Shown: positions 1-9,356, counted from the stretch's first letter. The stretch: 32,000 nucleotides of DNA from Nitrosomonas europaea (GCF_900167395.1 NZ_FUWK01000011.1:1-32000), one strand, 5' to 3'. A program made the numbers and translations. The notes: generated by a model from the letters alone, not told the origin.

Positions 1-330
1 AGGCATGCTTTCTTGCATATCTTCGACCGTGTCTGCCTGGAAAATGGTACGGAACATCGCCTGACCCAGCCAAATCACCCCTGGACCAATGGTCAAGTCG
101 AACGCATGAACCGCACCCTCAAGGAAGCAACCGTCAAACGCTATCATTATGAAAATCATCAACAGTTGCGAGAGCATCTTTACAGCTTCCTGAATGCCTA
201 CAACTTCGCCAGGCGACTCAAAACCTTACGAGGACTCACACCTTACGAATACATCATCAAATGCTGGCAAAACGAACCTGAACGTTTTATCATCAATCCA
301 TACCATCACAAAGTGGGACTAAACACCTAG
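1..330 (+). mobile_element. C-terminal part of a DDE (rve/integrase-core) IS transposase; 5' end lies outside the window
   Basis: The reading frame is open from the window edge. The peptide ...HPWTNGQVERMNRTLKEATVKRYHY...YNFARRLKTLRGLTPYEYI... carries the conserved NGxxER and C-terminal region of rve-type IS transposases. Stop codon at 328-330. Confidence 0.8.
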
Positions 331-354
331 CATTCAGTGCCTTTTACCTTAACC

Positions 355-1119
355 TTAATCGTTAAAAAAAATTTGCTCACTTATTTTTTTGCGCAAGAGC
401 ATCCAGGCATTCTGATCATTCCACCCAATTACCGTAGACCCATCGGCAAAAACAACGATTGGCGTTGCCATTCTTCCCATTCCAAGAAAGAAGCCGATGT
501 CGTTTAACATATCACGAGGATATTGGCATGAAGTTTTCGCTCGACCATTTATTTCAGAACCTTGCATCACTTTGCGCCAGGCTTGTGAAGGATCATCAGC
601 ACAATATACCCTGGCAGCCTGCCTGAATCCATTTTCAGCCACCCCCACCGGTACCACATATACGGAAGCATTTTCCTGCTCCAGTGTTTTTTCAAGTTTG
701 CGGCAATAAGGACAATCTGGCGCCGACCATATCACTGCCACAGGTGGAGTAGATCGTTTTACCAGCACCAACTGTTCCAATGGAATCTGTGCAAGCTGTT
801 GACGCAGCCAGGTATGTTTATAGGCCGGGTTATCTTCAGCTGGTGACTGAATTACCCACCCTGGCGACTTTATATTCCCCAACCATCCCATGTCCTCCCG
901 GAAATAGGCAGAAGGGCCACCTGCCTGCCCCGTGCGCACGGCATAAAATCCTTTGAAAAGAGTGGGCTCGATATAATGACCTGCCCGTAAGGGAACTCTC
1001 GTTTCCTTTTCAAACGCAGACTTTGCCCTGGGTAAATCCGGTTCCCACATTGGATTCGCCACCGTCAGGCAGGCGAAAGATGCTAAAACTAAAGTAAGTA
1101 ATAATTTTGCAAGCTTCAT
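355..1119 (-). CDS. Periplasmic thiol:disulfide interchange protein, DsbC/DsbG family
   Basis: N-terminal signal peptide MKLAKLLLTLVLASFACLTVA. C-terminal thioredoxin fold with a CPYC active site (SAPDCPYCRKLE) and a second Cys pair, as in DsbC/DsbG. Confidence 0.75.
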   Translation of the reverse strand: MKLAKLLLTLVLASFACLTVANPMWEPDLPRAKSAFEKETRVPLRAGHYIEPTLFKGFYAVRTGQAGGPSAYFREDMGWLGNIKSPGWVIQSPAEDNPAYKHTWLRQQLAQIPLEQLVLVKRSTPPVAVIWSAPDCPYCRKLEKTLEQENASVYVVPVGVAENGFRQAARVYCADDPSQAWRKVMQGSEINGRAKTSCQYPRDMLNDIGFFLGMGRMATPIVVFADGSTVIGWNDQNAWMLLRKKISEQIFFND

Positions 1120-1463
1120 TGCTAATATTCCTAACTGATAAAGTCTGATTTTTTTAACTTACTATCTTCACAAATCCTATTATCATGACAATAGACAAAA
1201 CCATGCACCTCTACGGGAATCCAGTATTTCTGTAATTACATCAAAGTAATGCAATCTAACGTAATATTCCCGCTCTTCTTTAGTAGAACAACACATTCTT
1301 TTCCCCAGATTTTCACAACTACAGATGATTTAGATCACTGCCTCTTCCCTGCTCAACTAAAATATGCCTATTCCAGAGGAAGATTCAAGCATAGGATAGG
1401 ATGGTTATTCTTTTATTTCCGTACTATTTCCTCTTGGTCACCCTGTAGTAAATATCCATTTTT

Positions 1464-2900
1464 ATGTCCATCCGAATCAAATTATTCCTGGCCTTTCTGC
1501 TGACTACGTTCGTAGTGGTGATGGGGATGCATTTTTTCACCCGTTGGTCCCTGGAGAAAGGATTCACCGAGTTCATCGAAAAAAGACAGCAGGAACGGCT
1601 GGATAAAATCATCGATGTACTGGAGGAACACTATGCTGAGCACCGTGGCTGGGGAGAGCTGGCCGGAAACAAGCAACACTGGATTTCGTTATTGTGGCAT
1701 GCCGGCCCGCACCGGCATCGTCCGCCGAAGTGGATTATCGAACAGGCACAGCATGAGCCCGATCGACAGTGGCCACCAGCAGTAACACCCGGAACAGCCG
1801 AAAGAAAGTGGTCTCCATTCGAGTTACGGGTAATACTGCTGGATGCAGATCGATCGATTCTGTTCGGGCGGAAGGAACTGATTTCTCAACTGAGCCTGCA
1901 TCCTGTTCAGTATGAACACCGGACGGTCGGGTTTCTTGGCCTGTTGCCAGGAAACCCGGTCAGTCAGGCCAGCGACATTTATTTCATGGAACAACAGGCC
2001 GACTTTTTCTTCTGGATTGCGTTGACCATGGTAGTACTGTCTGCACTGATCGCTTGGTTGATGGCCTATCACCTCGGACGGCCGCTCAAGCAGATCGCAG
2101 CGGTGGTACAAAGGCTGGCGACGGGGGATTACAAAGCCAGACTACCTGTCATATCGAAGGATGAAATGGGCCAACTGGCACTGAATTTCAATGATACGGC
2201 TGCTGCACTGGAGCAAGCAGAACAAAGTCGCAGACGGTGGGTGGCCGATATTTCTCATGAATTGCGTACACCACTGGCCGTTTTGCGTGGTGAGCTGGAA
2301 GCCATCCTGGATGGGGTTCACCCATTGACTCCCGCAGCGATAGAATCCCTGTCCGGTGATGTGCTGCGGCTCAATCGTCTGACAGAAGATCTTTACCAGC
2401 TTGCTTTATCCGATCAGGGTGCATTGAGTTACCGGAAAGTACTGCTCGACCCCGTACCCTTGCTGCGAGAAGATCTGGCAACGTTCACAACTGATTTCAA
2501 TCATAAGCAGATCAGTGTCAGATGGATCAACCGGCTGTTCAAACCTGTACTGGTCAATGCTGATCCTGACCGGTTATCACAATTGTTCCGCAATCTGCTG
2601 ACCAACAGTCTGAACCATACGGATGCGAGAGGACAACTGGAAATCACGGTTCAGCGCCTGGCAGACAAGCTGGTGATCGAACTGGCGGACAGCAGTCCCG
2701 GTGTCTCGGATCAGGATATCGCGCATCTGTTCGATCGTTTCTATCGTGTCGATCATTCACGCAACCGGCATCTGGGAGGAGCCGGCCTGGGGTTGGCCAT
2801 CTGCAGCAATATCGTCAGAGCGCATGAAGGAACGCTGATGGCATCCCATTCGGCTCTGGGCGGTCTGGCGATACATATCGAGCTGCCAATTACGCCATGA
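1464..2900 (+). CDS. baeS: Envelope-stress sensor histidine kinase, BaeS-like
   Basis: Two TM segments flank a periplasmic domain. HAMP region, H-box SHELRTPLAVLRGELEA, and N/G boxes (LLTNSLNHT, GGAGLGLAIC). 4-bp ATGA overlap with the downstream BaeR-like regulator. Confidence 0.75.
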   Translation: MSIRIKLFLAFLLTTFVVVMGMHFFTRWSLEKGFTEFIEKRQQERLDKIIDVLEEHYAEHRGWGELAGNKQHWISLLWHAGPHRHRPPKWIIEQAQHEPDRQWPPAVTPGTAERKWSPFELRVILLDADRSILFGRKELISQLSLHPVQYEHRTVGFLGLLPGNPVSQASDIYFMEQQADFFFWIALTMVVLSALIAWLMAYHLGRPLKQIAAVVQRLATGDYKARLPVISKDEMGQLALNFNDTAAALEQAEQSRRRWVADISHELRTPLAVLRGELEAILDGVHPLTPAAIESLSGDVLRLNRLTEDLYQLALSDQGALSYRKVLLDPVPLLREDLATFTTDFNHKQISVRWINRLFKPVLVNADPDRLSQLFRNLLTNSLNHTDARGQLEITVQRLADKLVIELADSSPGVSDQDIAHLFDRFYRVDHSRNRHLGGAGLGLAICSNIVRAHEGTLMASHSALGGLAIHIELPITP

Positions 2901-3586
2901 GCCGTATTCTGATCGTCGAAGATGAACCCAGGCTAGCCAGACTGGAAGCCGATTATCTGCAGCATGCCGGTTTCCAGACTCATTGCCTGAGTCAGGGGCT
3001 AGAAGTGATCCCCTGGCTGAAGGAAAATACTGTCGAACTGATATTGCTGGATCTGATGGTACCGGGGCGGGATGGTCTCGATATCTGCCGCGATATTCGC
3101 AGTTTCAGCCAGGTGCCGGTCATCATAGTGACCGCACGAATCGAGGAAATCGACCGTTTGCTGGGACTGGAAATGGGAGCGGATGATTATATCTGCAAGC
3201 CTTTCAGTCCCAGAGAAATGGTTGCACGCGTCAAGGCTGTGTTGCGCAGACTGCAGCCGCCCGCCCCGAACTCGGCGCAGCAGGCGCTCACACTCTCCCC
3301 TCAAAGTTTCAAGGTCCAATACGATGGGCGAGAAATCGAGCTGACTGCCGTTGAATTTCAGTTGCTCTATACGTTATATCAGCAACCGGGGCGTATTTTC
3401 TCGCGCGCCAGACTGATGGATCTGATCTATCAGGATCAGCGCATCGTTTCAGACAGAACGATAGACAGCCACATCAAGAAGCTGAGGAAAAAAATTGCTG
3501 AACTGATTCCGGAAAAAGAAGTGATCTGTTCAGTCTATGGCGCGGGTTATCGCTATGATCCACAATCTGTCGAGCCCGAAGAATAA
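2897..3586 (+). CDS. baeR: OmpR-family response regulator, BaeR-like
   Basis: The receiver domain (ILIVEDEP...LILLDLMVPGRDGL...IIVTARIEEIDRLLGLEMGADDYICKPFSPREMVARVKAVLRR) closely matches E. coli BaeR as I remember it. C-terminal winged-helix domain present. Confidence 0.8.
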   Translation: MSRILIVEDEPRLARLEADYLQHAGFQTHCLSQGLEVIPWLKENTVELILLDLMVPGRDGLDICRDIRSFSQVPVIIVTARIEEIDRLLGLEMGADDYICKPFSPREMVARVKAVLRRLQPPAPNSAQQALTLSPQSFKVQYDGREIELTAVEFQLLYTLYQQPGRIFSRARLMDLIYQDQRIVSDRTIDSHIKKLRKKIAELIPEKEVICSVYGAGYRYDPQSVEPEE

Positions 3587-3665
3587 CGATCCGGTACGGG
3601 ACTTCGTCGCTTCAACTTTCCCACTCATCATTTAACAATGCGATCCTCGCCGTAAGGCGAAAGGT

Positions 3666-5228
3666 TTATTTCACTTTCACTTCGGTTTCATCACTGCCAT
3701 CCGCGAGAGATCGGATCGGTTCGATCAGATTCTCACCACCCGAAGGCGTATCGATACCCAGCAAAACGTGGCTTCTCCGGTAGCCGTAAAGAAAATAAAA
3801 AATCAAGCCGATTCCGGTCCAGACTGGAAACACCAGTTTGGCATCCATCGGTAAAAACAGAAAAAGAATCAGACAACCGCCAATGGCAAGCGGCCCCACC
3901 AGCCAGATCATGGGCGTCCTGAAAGGCCTGGGACGATTTTTGTCTCTGACTCGCAGAATCATGACCGTCAATGCCACGACCAGAAAAGCGAACAATGTTC
4001 CGGAGTTGGAAATATTTGCAAGCTTACCCACCGGCAGGAAAGCTGCTGCTGCCATTACGCCGACACCGGTAACCAGCGTAACGATATACGGGGTTTTGAA
4101 GCGCGGATGGATGCGACTCAATACTTCCGGCAGCAAACCATCACGCGACATGACGAAAAAAATACGCGTCTGTCCGAACAGCATCATGAGAATCACCGAG
4201 GGAAGTGCCAGGAAAGCAGCCAGACCAAGCAGGTTACCAATTTTCTCCCAGCCTATTTCACGCAACACATGCGCCAGCGCTTCATGCGAGCAAACCACCG
4301 GTTGCTGCCCTGCTGCCGCAAGTGATTTGCACTGCGCAGCCATTTCCCTGGAACCGGGAGCGAGCCCCTCGCCTGCGGCATCGACCAGTGGCTGTGCACC
4401 CACTGCGCCGATCACCCCGGCAGATACCAGTAAATAAAACAACGTACACAGCAGCAATGAGCTGATCAGAGCGATCGGAAGATTGCGTTGCGGATCTTTT
4501 GTTTCTTCCGCTGCGGTTGATACCGCATCAAAACCGACATATGCGAAAAAAATGGAAGCAGCCGCAGCAACGACACCCGAAGTTCCCAGTGGCAGAAAAG
4601 GGTCGAAATGGTTCATGTCGGTAGCCGGCAGTGCCAGTGCAATGAACGCCGTCAGAGCGATGATTTTGACTGCAACGAGTATGGCATTGAACATGGCGCT
4701 CTCTCGTGTTCCGATGATCAGCAGGCCGACGACCAGCAGACAGATGACAACCGCAGGCAGATTGATGATACCCCCGGCAAACGGCCCGTTCGCCAGCACA
4801 TAGGGAATTTCGAATCCCAGCGAGGCATTATTCAGCAACCCGACGAAATAGCCCGACCAGCCTACGGCCACTGCCCCGGCTGCAACAGAATATTCCAGTA
4901 TCAACGCCCATCCCACCATCCATGCGATCAGTTCACCAAGCACGGCGTAGGAATAGGTATAAGCAGACCCGGATACCGGTACCATTGAAGAAAGCTCGGA
5001 ATAGCAGAGTGCGGCCACTGCACAAACGAAACCGGCAATGACAAAAGCAATCATCATACCGGGGCCGGCTTTTTGTGCTGCCTCGGCAGTCAGCACAAAA
5101 ATACCTGTGCCGATAATCGCTCCCACCCCCAGCAGCGTCAACTGCCACACACCCAGAGAACGGTGAAGACTTTTCTTTTCGGCTGTAGCCAGAATGGCAT
5201 CTAGCGATTTTACGCGCCAGAAGATCAT
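3666..5228 (-). CDS. Amino acid permease (APC superfamily, cationic amino acid transporter-like)
   Basis: 520 aa, multi-TM. The N-terminus MIFWRVKSLDAILATAEKKSLHRSLGVWQLTLLGVGAIIGTGIF is typical of APC/YhdG-type permeases. Confidence 0.85.
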   Translation of the reverse strand: MIFWRVKSLDAILATAEKKSLHRSLGVWQLTLLGVGAIIGTGIFVLTAEAAQKAGPGMMIAFVIAGFVCAVAALCYSELSSMVPVSGSAYTYSYAVLGELIAWMVGWALILEYSVAAGAVAVGWSGYFVGLLNNASLGFEIPYVLANGPFAGGIINLPAVVICLLVVGLLIIGTRESAMFNAILVAVKIIALTAFIALALPATDMNHFDPFLPLGTSGVVAAAASIFFAYVGFDAVSTAAEETKDPQRNLPIALISSLLLCTLFYLLVSAGVIGAVGAQPLVDAAGEGLAPGSREMAAQCKSLAAAGQQPVVCSHEALAHVLREIGWEKIGNLLGLAAFLALPSVILMMLFGQTRIFFVMSRDGLLPEVLSRIHPRFKTPYIVTLVTGVGVMAAAAFLPVGKLANISNSGTLFAFLVVALTVMILRVRDKNRPRPFRTPMIWLVGPLAIGGCLILFLFLPMDAKLVFPVWTGIGLIFYFLYGYRRSHVLLGIDTPSGGENLIEPIRSLADGSDETEVKVK

Positions 5229-5433
5229 GAACCCTCTCCTTCAATAAAAACAGATAGTTACAAAATCCCTGAATTTAGCGGGAGATAGTGTACAAGAAAT
5301 ACCATGACCATAAGACCGAAATCAGGACAAAAATACCTGTGTCTGCGTCTGGTTATCTGCATGTTCAGGCTTGGCAACATGACAACCGATTGAACATCGG
5401 GAACATATTTGAGTCAGATTGTGTTCCTGCATC

Positions 5434-5451
5434 TTTCACATTCTTTTCACA
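5434..5451 (+). promoter_or_regulatory. Direct repeat TTTCACA-N4-TTTCACA (11-bp register), candidate OmpR-family (BaeR-like) binding site upstream of the Spy-like gene
   Basis: TTTCACA occurs at 5434-5440 and 5445-5451, about 100 bp upstream of the ATG at 5548. One helical-turn spacing is typical of winged-helix response regulators. No experimental support. Confidence 0.3.
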
Positions 5452-5547
5452 ATCTCTGCAAAGTATTTGCAAATTGGCAAAGTATAGTTGTCATCAAGGG
5501 CGGAAAACATTCCGTTCTGTTTCTGAAAATCAACCAGGAGGTTCATC

Positions 5548-5907
5548 ATGAACAAAAAACTTATCGGTATCGTTCTCGCGCTGGCATTTCCTTTGGCGGT
5601 TACTGCCAACCCGGGAGAGCACAAACATGATCATGAACAATACCGGGCGAAGAAAATAGAACGGCTGGACAAAGAGTTGTCCCTGACTGACGACCAGAAA
5701 TCCAGGATTGACACACTCTTCAAACAAAATGGAGAAAAATTCAAGGCGATCCGCGAGGAAACCCAGTCCCAACTGAAAACCATTCTGACACCTGAGCAGT
5801 ATTCCAAACTGCAGGAACTGAAACAGCGCCGGCAGGAACAGTGGCACAAAAAACATCAGGAGAAACTGCAAGAAAGAAAACAGGAACAGTCAGGTACAAC
5901 ACAGTAA
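5548..5907 (+). CDS. Periplasmic Spy/CpxP-family (LTXXQ motif) chaperone-like protein
   Basis: AGGAGG Shine-Dalgarno 7 nt upstream. Signal peptide MNKKLIGIVLALAFPLAVTA. Two LTxxQ motifs (LSLTDDQKSRI, LTPEQYSKL). Highly charged helical sequence. Confidence 0.75.
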   Translation: MNKKLIGIVLALAFPLAVTANPGEHKHDHEQYRAKKIERLDKELSLTDDQKSRIDTLFKQNGEKFKAIREETQSQLKTILTPEQYSKLQELKQRRQEQWHKKHQEKLQERKQEQSGTTQ

Positions 5908-5934
5908 CAACAAAAACATTCACTATTCACTCCG

Positions 5935-5973
5935 CCTGCAATGGTCTCCTATCGCTACCGGCCATTGCAGGCC
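5935..5973 (+). terminator. Perfect 11-bp inverted repeat stem-loop (gcctgcaatgg / ccattgcaggc, 17-nt loop); possible terminator of the Spy-like gene
   Basis: Read directly from the sequence. It lies 28 nt after the stop at 5907 and abuts the stop of the rdgC remnant. No T-tract follows. Confidence 0.35.
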
Positions 5974-5975
5974 AT

Positions 5976-6221
5976 TCATTCGCTGGCTGTTCCGCCCAGC
6001 GCCTCCATCAACTCCGGCAACAATTGCCGCAATTCTTCCGTCATCAGAAAAAAACTGCTGTCAAACTGCTCTTCAGCTGTTTCAGCCGGTTCCCGGTCGA
6101 TATCAAGCAAGACCGACCACTTCAACTGCAAGTTACTGTCCAGAATATGGGATTTTATTCCTATGATGTAGTTCAACCGGACTGGGCTATCAAATAACTT
6201 TCCTCCTTTGGCATGAGCCAC
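5976..6221 (-). pseudogene. Duplicated, diverged 3' end remnant of rdgC (about the last 60-75 codons)
   Basis: The peptide ...ILDSNLQLKWSVLLDIDREPAETAEEQFDSSFFLMTEELRQLLPELMEALGGTASE aligns with the C-terminus of the intact RdgC at 9448-10332 (...ILDENLQLKRLTLLDIDREPAETAEEQFDSNFFLMTEELRQLLPDLVEILGGMTAD). The RdgC N-terminal 200+ aa are absent. Confidence 0.85.
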
Positions 6222-6620
6222 TCTCCTTTATAAAGAAAAAAGCAGCATCGTATGTGAAATACACCACATCTTAGAATCAAGTACCGTCATACCATCGCAA
6301 CAGCAGCATGATATCAATACCCTGATGCCATATATCCAATGACAACCTTTGCCTTATGGAAGCAAAAAAGTTATTAAATAAATTTAGTCTGAGTACCGTT
6401 AACACCGACTCCGGTCAGAAAAGTGCATTATTCGTATTCCCAGATATGACACATAGATAATCTGCCAGCTTGCCACCCGCGATTAATGAAACAGATATGA
6501 AGTCAATCACGGGTACATTGAAATCAGGAAGGCATTTCCTGACGAGTATTCTTAAGTAACAGGTTTTTATCATCCGGTTACTTGAGAATTTATTTAAATA
6601 GCATAAAAAGGAACTTATAA

Positions 6621-7982
6621 ATGATTCTAAGAAGCTGGGCCAGAGGAGTCACATTAGCAACAATATGCATGTTTTCACTCTCTTCCGGAGTAATCCTTGC
6701 TAAAAACAATCGTCCGACACCATTACCGACGTATCAGTACCCTGATGTTTACAATAATTACCTGCAGCCTGTAGCAACCGCAATAGATTATCACTCCGGG
6801 ATGGTTTATCTCTTTAACTATGAAAATGACAAGCTGATTATCGTTGATCCGACAAGCCTCAGCGGTTGGCCTGGGAATGTTCCATTACAACATACTCTCG
6901 TGTTCCCTGAAGGAGATAAGATTTTTATCACATCTGATAATACGGAAGAGCATGCTGCTTACATTATCATATTGAAAGTAAACGATATTAACTGGGATGC
7001 AGGAACAGTCTCACTTGCAGTAGAAACCGTAGTAGCGGCAGATAATCCGGGGACACCAACAGAATTTCCGTTTGTTGAACCCGTTAACAATGTCCAAGCC
7101 ATCCCCAACTGGCTAGTAGGGAGAGGAACAACTCAGATACATGGTCCCACAATATTACCCTACTCAGATTTTGTCTATCTGACTGAACTCACTTCAGACA
7201 GGATACGTGTCATCAACCGTAAAACAAACGAGTTTGTAAGTGGCGTAGATCCCATCGCCATACCTGGTTATACAGAACAAACGCATGGTATCAACTTCAA
7301 TAGGTCCGGAACCATTGGTCTTGGAACCGGATATTTCTTTGATAACAGCGTTATCGACGTTTATAAACCTAATAGAGAAACAGGCGAGCTGCAAACGATT
7401 GGCCAGATCAGACTGGGCGATGAAAAACGGCATGCAGCGTTTACCCATTTTGTATATTGGCTGGATGAGCGATATGCTGTAACTGCTTCCATGCAATTTG
7501 ATAAAACTTCACTTACCCCCACTACTACTAAAAAGATCATCCCACCCAGTGTATGGCTGCTTGATACTTTGGAAGGGACTGCAACAAAAATTCTCGACCA
7601 TACCAATCATGCAAATGGCAAGGGTATTTTCCGCTCTCCTTCCGATATCGCAGTGGTCAATGGCAAGCTCTATATTGCGGAAGAGGATTCGCTTGATTAC
7701 ACATTTGCCAACGATGGATACATTTCTGTATTCGATCTGACCGATCGCTACAAGCCACGATTCCTGAAAAGGCTTAAACCTGGTCGGGAACTGCCCACCG
7801 GTTACGCAGTGGCCCACACAATCAGCCCGACACCGGATAACCGTTATCTGATAGTCGCGAGCTGGGTTTCAGGTTATGTACTAAAAATCGATACAGAAAC
7901 AGATACCGTTGTCAAAATCTGGGGACCGAATGACGGTCTGATCAAACCACATGGTATCTATACTGCCGGCGGTCTTCGCTGA
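6621..7982 (+). CDS. Secreted beta-propeller (YVTN/lactonase-like repeat) protein with blade-associated histidines; function unknown
   Basis: Signal peptide (ATICMFSLSSGVILA). Repeated strand-like segments with His-containing motifs (TQIHGPT, EQTHGINF, AFTHFVYW, AVAHTISP, IKPHGIY). Followed directly by a SCO1-like gene. Confidence 0.55.
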   Translation: MILRSWARGVTLATICMFSLSSGVILAKNNRPTPLPTYQYPDVYNNYLQPVATAIDYHSGMVYLFNYENDKLIIVDPTSLSGWPGNVPLQHTLVFPEGDKIFITSDNTEEHAAYIIILKVNDINWDAGTVSLAVETVVAADNPGTPTEFPFVEPVNNVQAIPNWLVGRGTTQIHGPTILPYSDFVYLTELTSDRIRVINRKTNEFVSGVDPIAIPGYTEQTHGINFNRSGTIGLGTGYFFDNSVIDVYKPNRETGELQTIGQIRLGDEKRHAAFTHFVYWLDERYAVTASMQFDKTSLTPTTTKKIIPPSVWLLDTLEGTATKILDHTNHANGKGIFRSPSDIAVVNGKLYIAEEDSLDYTFANDGYISVFDLTDRYKPRFLKRLKPGRELPTGYAVAHTISPTPDNRYLIVASWVSGYVLKIDTETDTVVKIWGPNDGLIKPHGIYTAGGLR

Positions 7983-8113
7983 TTGTAGTGCAGGAAACCG
8001 ATCTATCTTCTTTTTTATCCAGAAATCATCAGATAAAAATCAGGATAGATCGGTTTAAAAGTAAATACAGCATACAAAAACCGTTCAGAATGATTGATGA
8101 AAAGACAGATAAC

Positions 8114-8710
8114 ATGAAATTGAGAATCTCACGAAGCTACTGTTTTCAGGTTATTACTACCCTATTTCTTATTTTTGTACAAGCTGATATCAGAGCAGCA
8201 ACTATCACGTTATCCCGTCCGGTATCGTTACAGGCAGAAACGATTACTCACCTGAAACAAGCGGATACAACCAATACCAATCAGTGGAAGCTGGTCGTTT
8301 TTGGTTTCACTCACTGCAAAGATGTCTGCCCGATGTCGCTTGCTAATTTATCTATGCTGGTTAAAGCAGCAGTCAGTGAACAGATCGAGCTCAATGGGGT
8401 TTTTGTCACAGTTGACCCGGATAGAGATACAGAAGAGATTTTATCCGGTTATACAAAAGGCTTTGGTCCTGGCATTACTTATTTACGCTTTGAAGGAGAA
8501 GAGCTTGAGCATTTCAAAAATGCTTTTCAGGTAGAGGTTGTCTTCTATACAAAGAATGCAGGTAATCAAACCCACTATCAGGTTGATCACAGTACTACAG
8601 CTTTCCTGATTGATCCGACAGGAAAAATCAGGGTAATTTTTGATGCATTGAAAGATGCTGTCGATGTAGCCAGAATCTTTAAAGATAACAAGGGATTATT
8701 CAAATCATGA
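8114..8710 (+). CDS. SCO1/SenC-family copper chaperone (thioredoxin-like)
   Basis: Start chosen at ATG 8114 (MKLRISRSYCFQVITTLFLIFVQADIRA, signal/anchor). CxxxC motif in FGFTHCKDVCP and the conserved downstream His (YQVDHSTTAFLIDPTGKI), as in SCO1/SenC/PrrC. Confidence 0.8.
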   Translation: MKLRISRSYCFQVITTLFLIFVQADIRAATITLSRPVSLQAETITHLKQADTTNTNQWKLVVFGFTHCKDVCPMSLANLSMLVKAAVSEQIELNGVFVTVDPDRDTEEILSGYTKGFGPGITYLRFEGEELEHFKNAFQVEVVFYTKNAGNQTHYQVDHSTTAFLIDPTGKIRVIFDALKDAVDVARIFKDNKGLFKS

Positions 8711-9336
8711 ATAGAGCTTTGATAGCAGTAGTACTGCTCATGGTCATGGGATCTGTTTCCGGCATGAGAATAAATCCGGATCCTCGGGTAGTTGTTTCTT
8801 TTATGGATAAATCCATTGCACCTGAACTGGATATTTTACGTGTAATGGCAGATATTTCGCCCGACAACCACCATCTTGTATTCCAAGTTAAAACACGGGG
8901 AGAACGTATACAGGGAAACGACCATGATTATCTGCTTCTTCACATCACACATGGAAAAACTTATGTTCTTCTTTTACCTATCAATAAGGAAAAAGAAAAT
9001 CAGATGCTGGTATATGAACGCTTACCTCAACCCGATGACGATGATCTCCTCATTCTTGGCAAATTCAAGGGAAATTCGCACTTGACAAACTTTAATATCA
9101 CTTCCATTTTTCGGGGAGGAGAATTCAGTGTGCCGCTAGACTGGATTGATTTCAATACAAATTTCAGTTTTGATGCTTATACAGTTCAAGCCAGGATCAA
9201 AGGGGATACGCTGAAAATCAGTAAAGTATACGATTGGGCAAGAAAGGGAAAAACACACAATAATGAAAAGCCACTCTCTGCTATTACATTGCTTAATAAA
9301 ATCTGTGCTCCCAAAAGTAATAATCAGCGGCTCTGA
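8707..9336 (+). CDS. Hypothetical secreted protein (no family recognised)
   Basis: ATGA overlap with the SCO1-like gene suggests translational coupling. Signal peptide MNRALIAVVLLMVMGSVSG. No motif I can name. Confidence 0.55.
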   Translation: MNRALIAVVLLMVMGSVSGMRINPDPRVVVSFMDKSIAPELDILRVMADISPDNHHLVFQVKTRGERIQGNDHDYLLLHITHGKTYVLLLPINKEKENQMLVYERLPQPDDDDLLILGKFKGNSHLTNFNITSIFRGGEFSVPLDWIDFNTNFSFDAYTVQARIKGDTLKISKVYDWARKGKTHNNEKPLSAITLLNKICAPKSNNQRL

Positions 9337-9356
9337 CTATAGTAATGAAACCATCT

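Noticed and set aside
3838-4437. 199-aa plus-strand ORF (and neighbours at 4107-4988) inside the permease gene
   Set aside because: They are antisense shadow ORFs of a well-supported 520-aa APC permease. Their Arg/Ser/Pro-rich composition is typical of antisense frames.
5288-5551. 87-aa and 73-aa ORFs in the permease / spy-like intergenic region
   Set aside because: They have no Shine-Dalgarno, overlap the likely promoter and operator repeats of the spy-like gene, and carry no recognisable motif.
6551-6586. 10-bp imperfect inverted repeat cttaagtaac...gttacttgag upstream of the propeller gene
   Set aside because: It could be an operator, but it is a single occurrence with one mismatch and there is no regulator gene in the island. 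It is not strong enough for a feature call.
7988-8113. N-terminal extension of the SCO1-like ORF (GTG start at 7988)
   Set aside because: The extension is hydrophilic and starts 6 nt after the upstream stop. The ATG at 8114 gives a normal signal/anchor sequence, so the shorter model is preferred.
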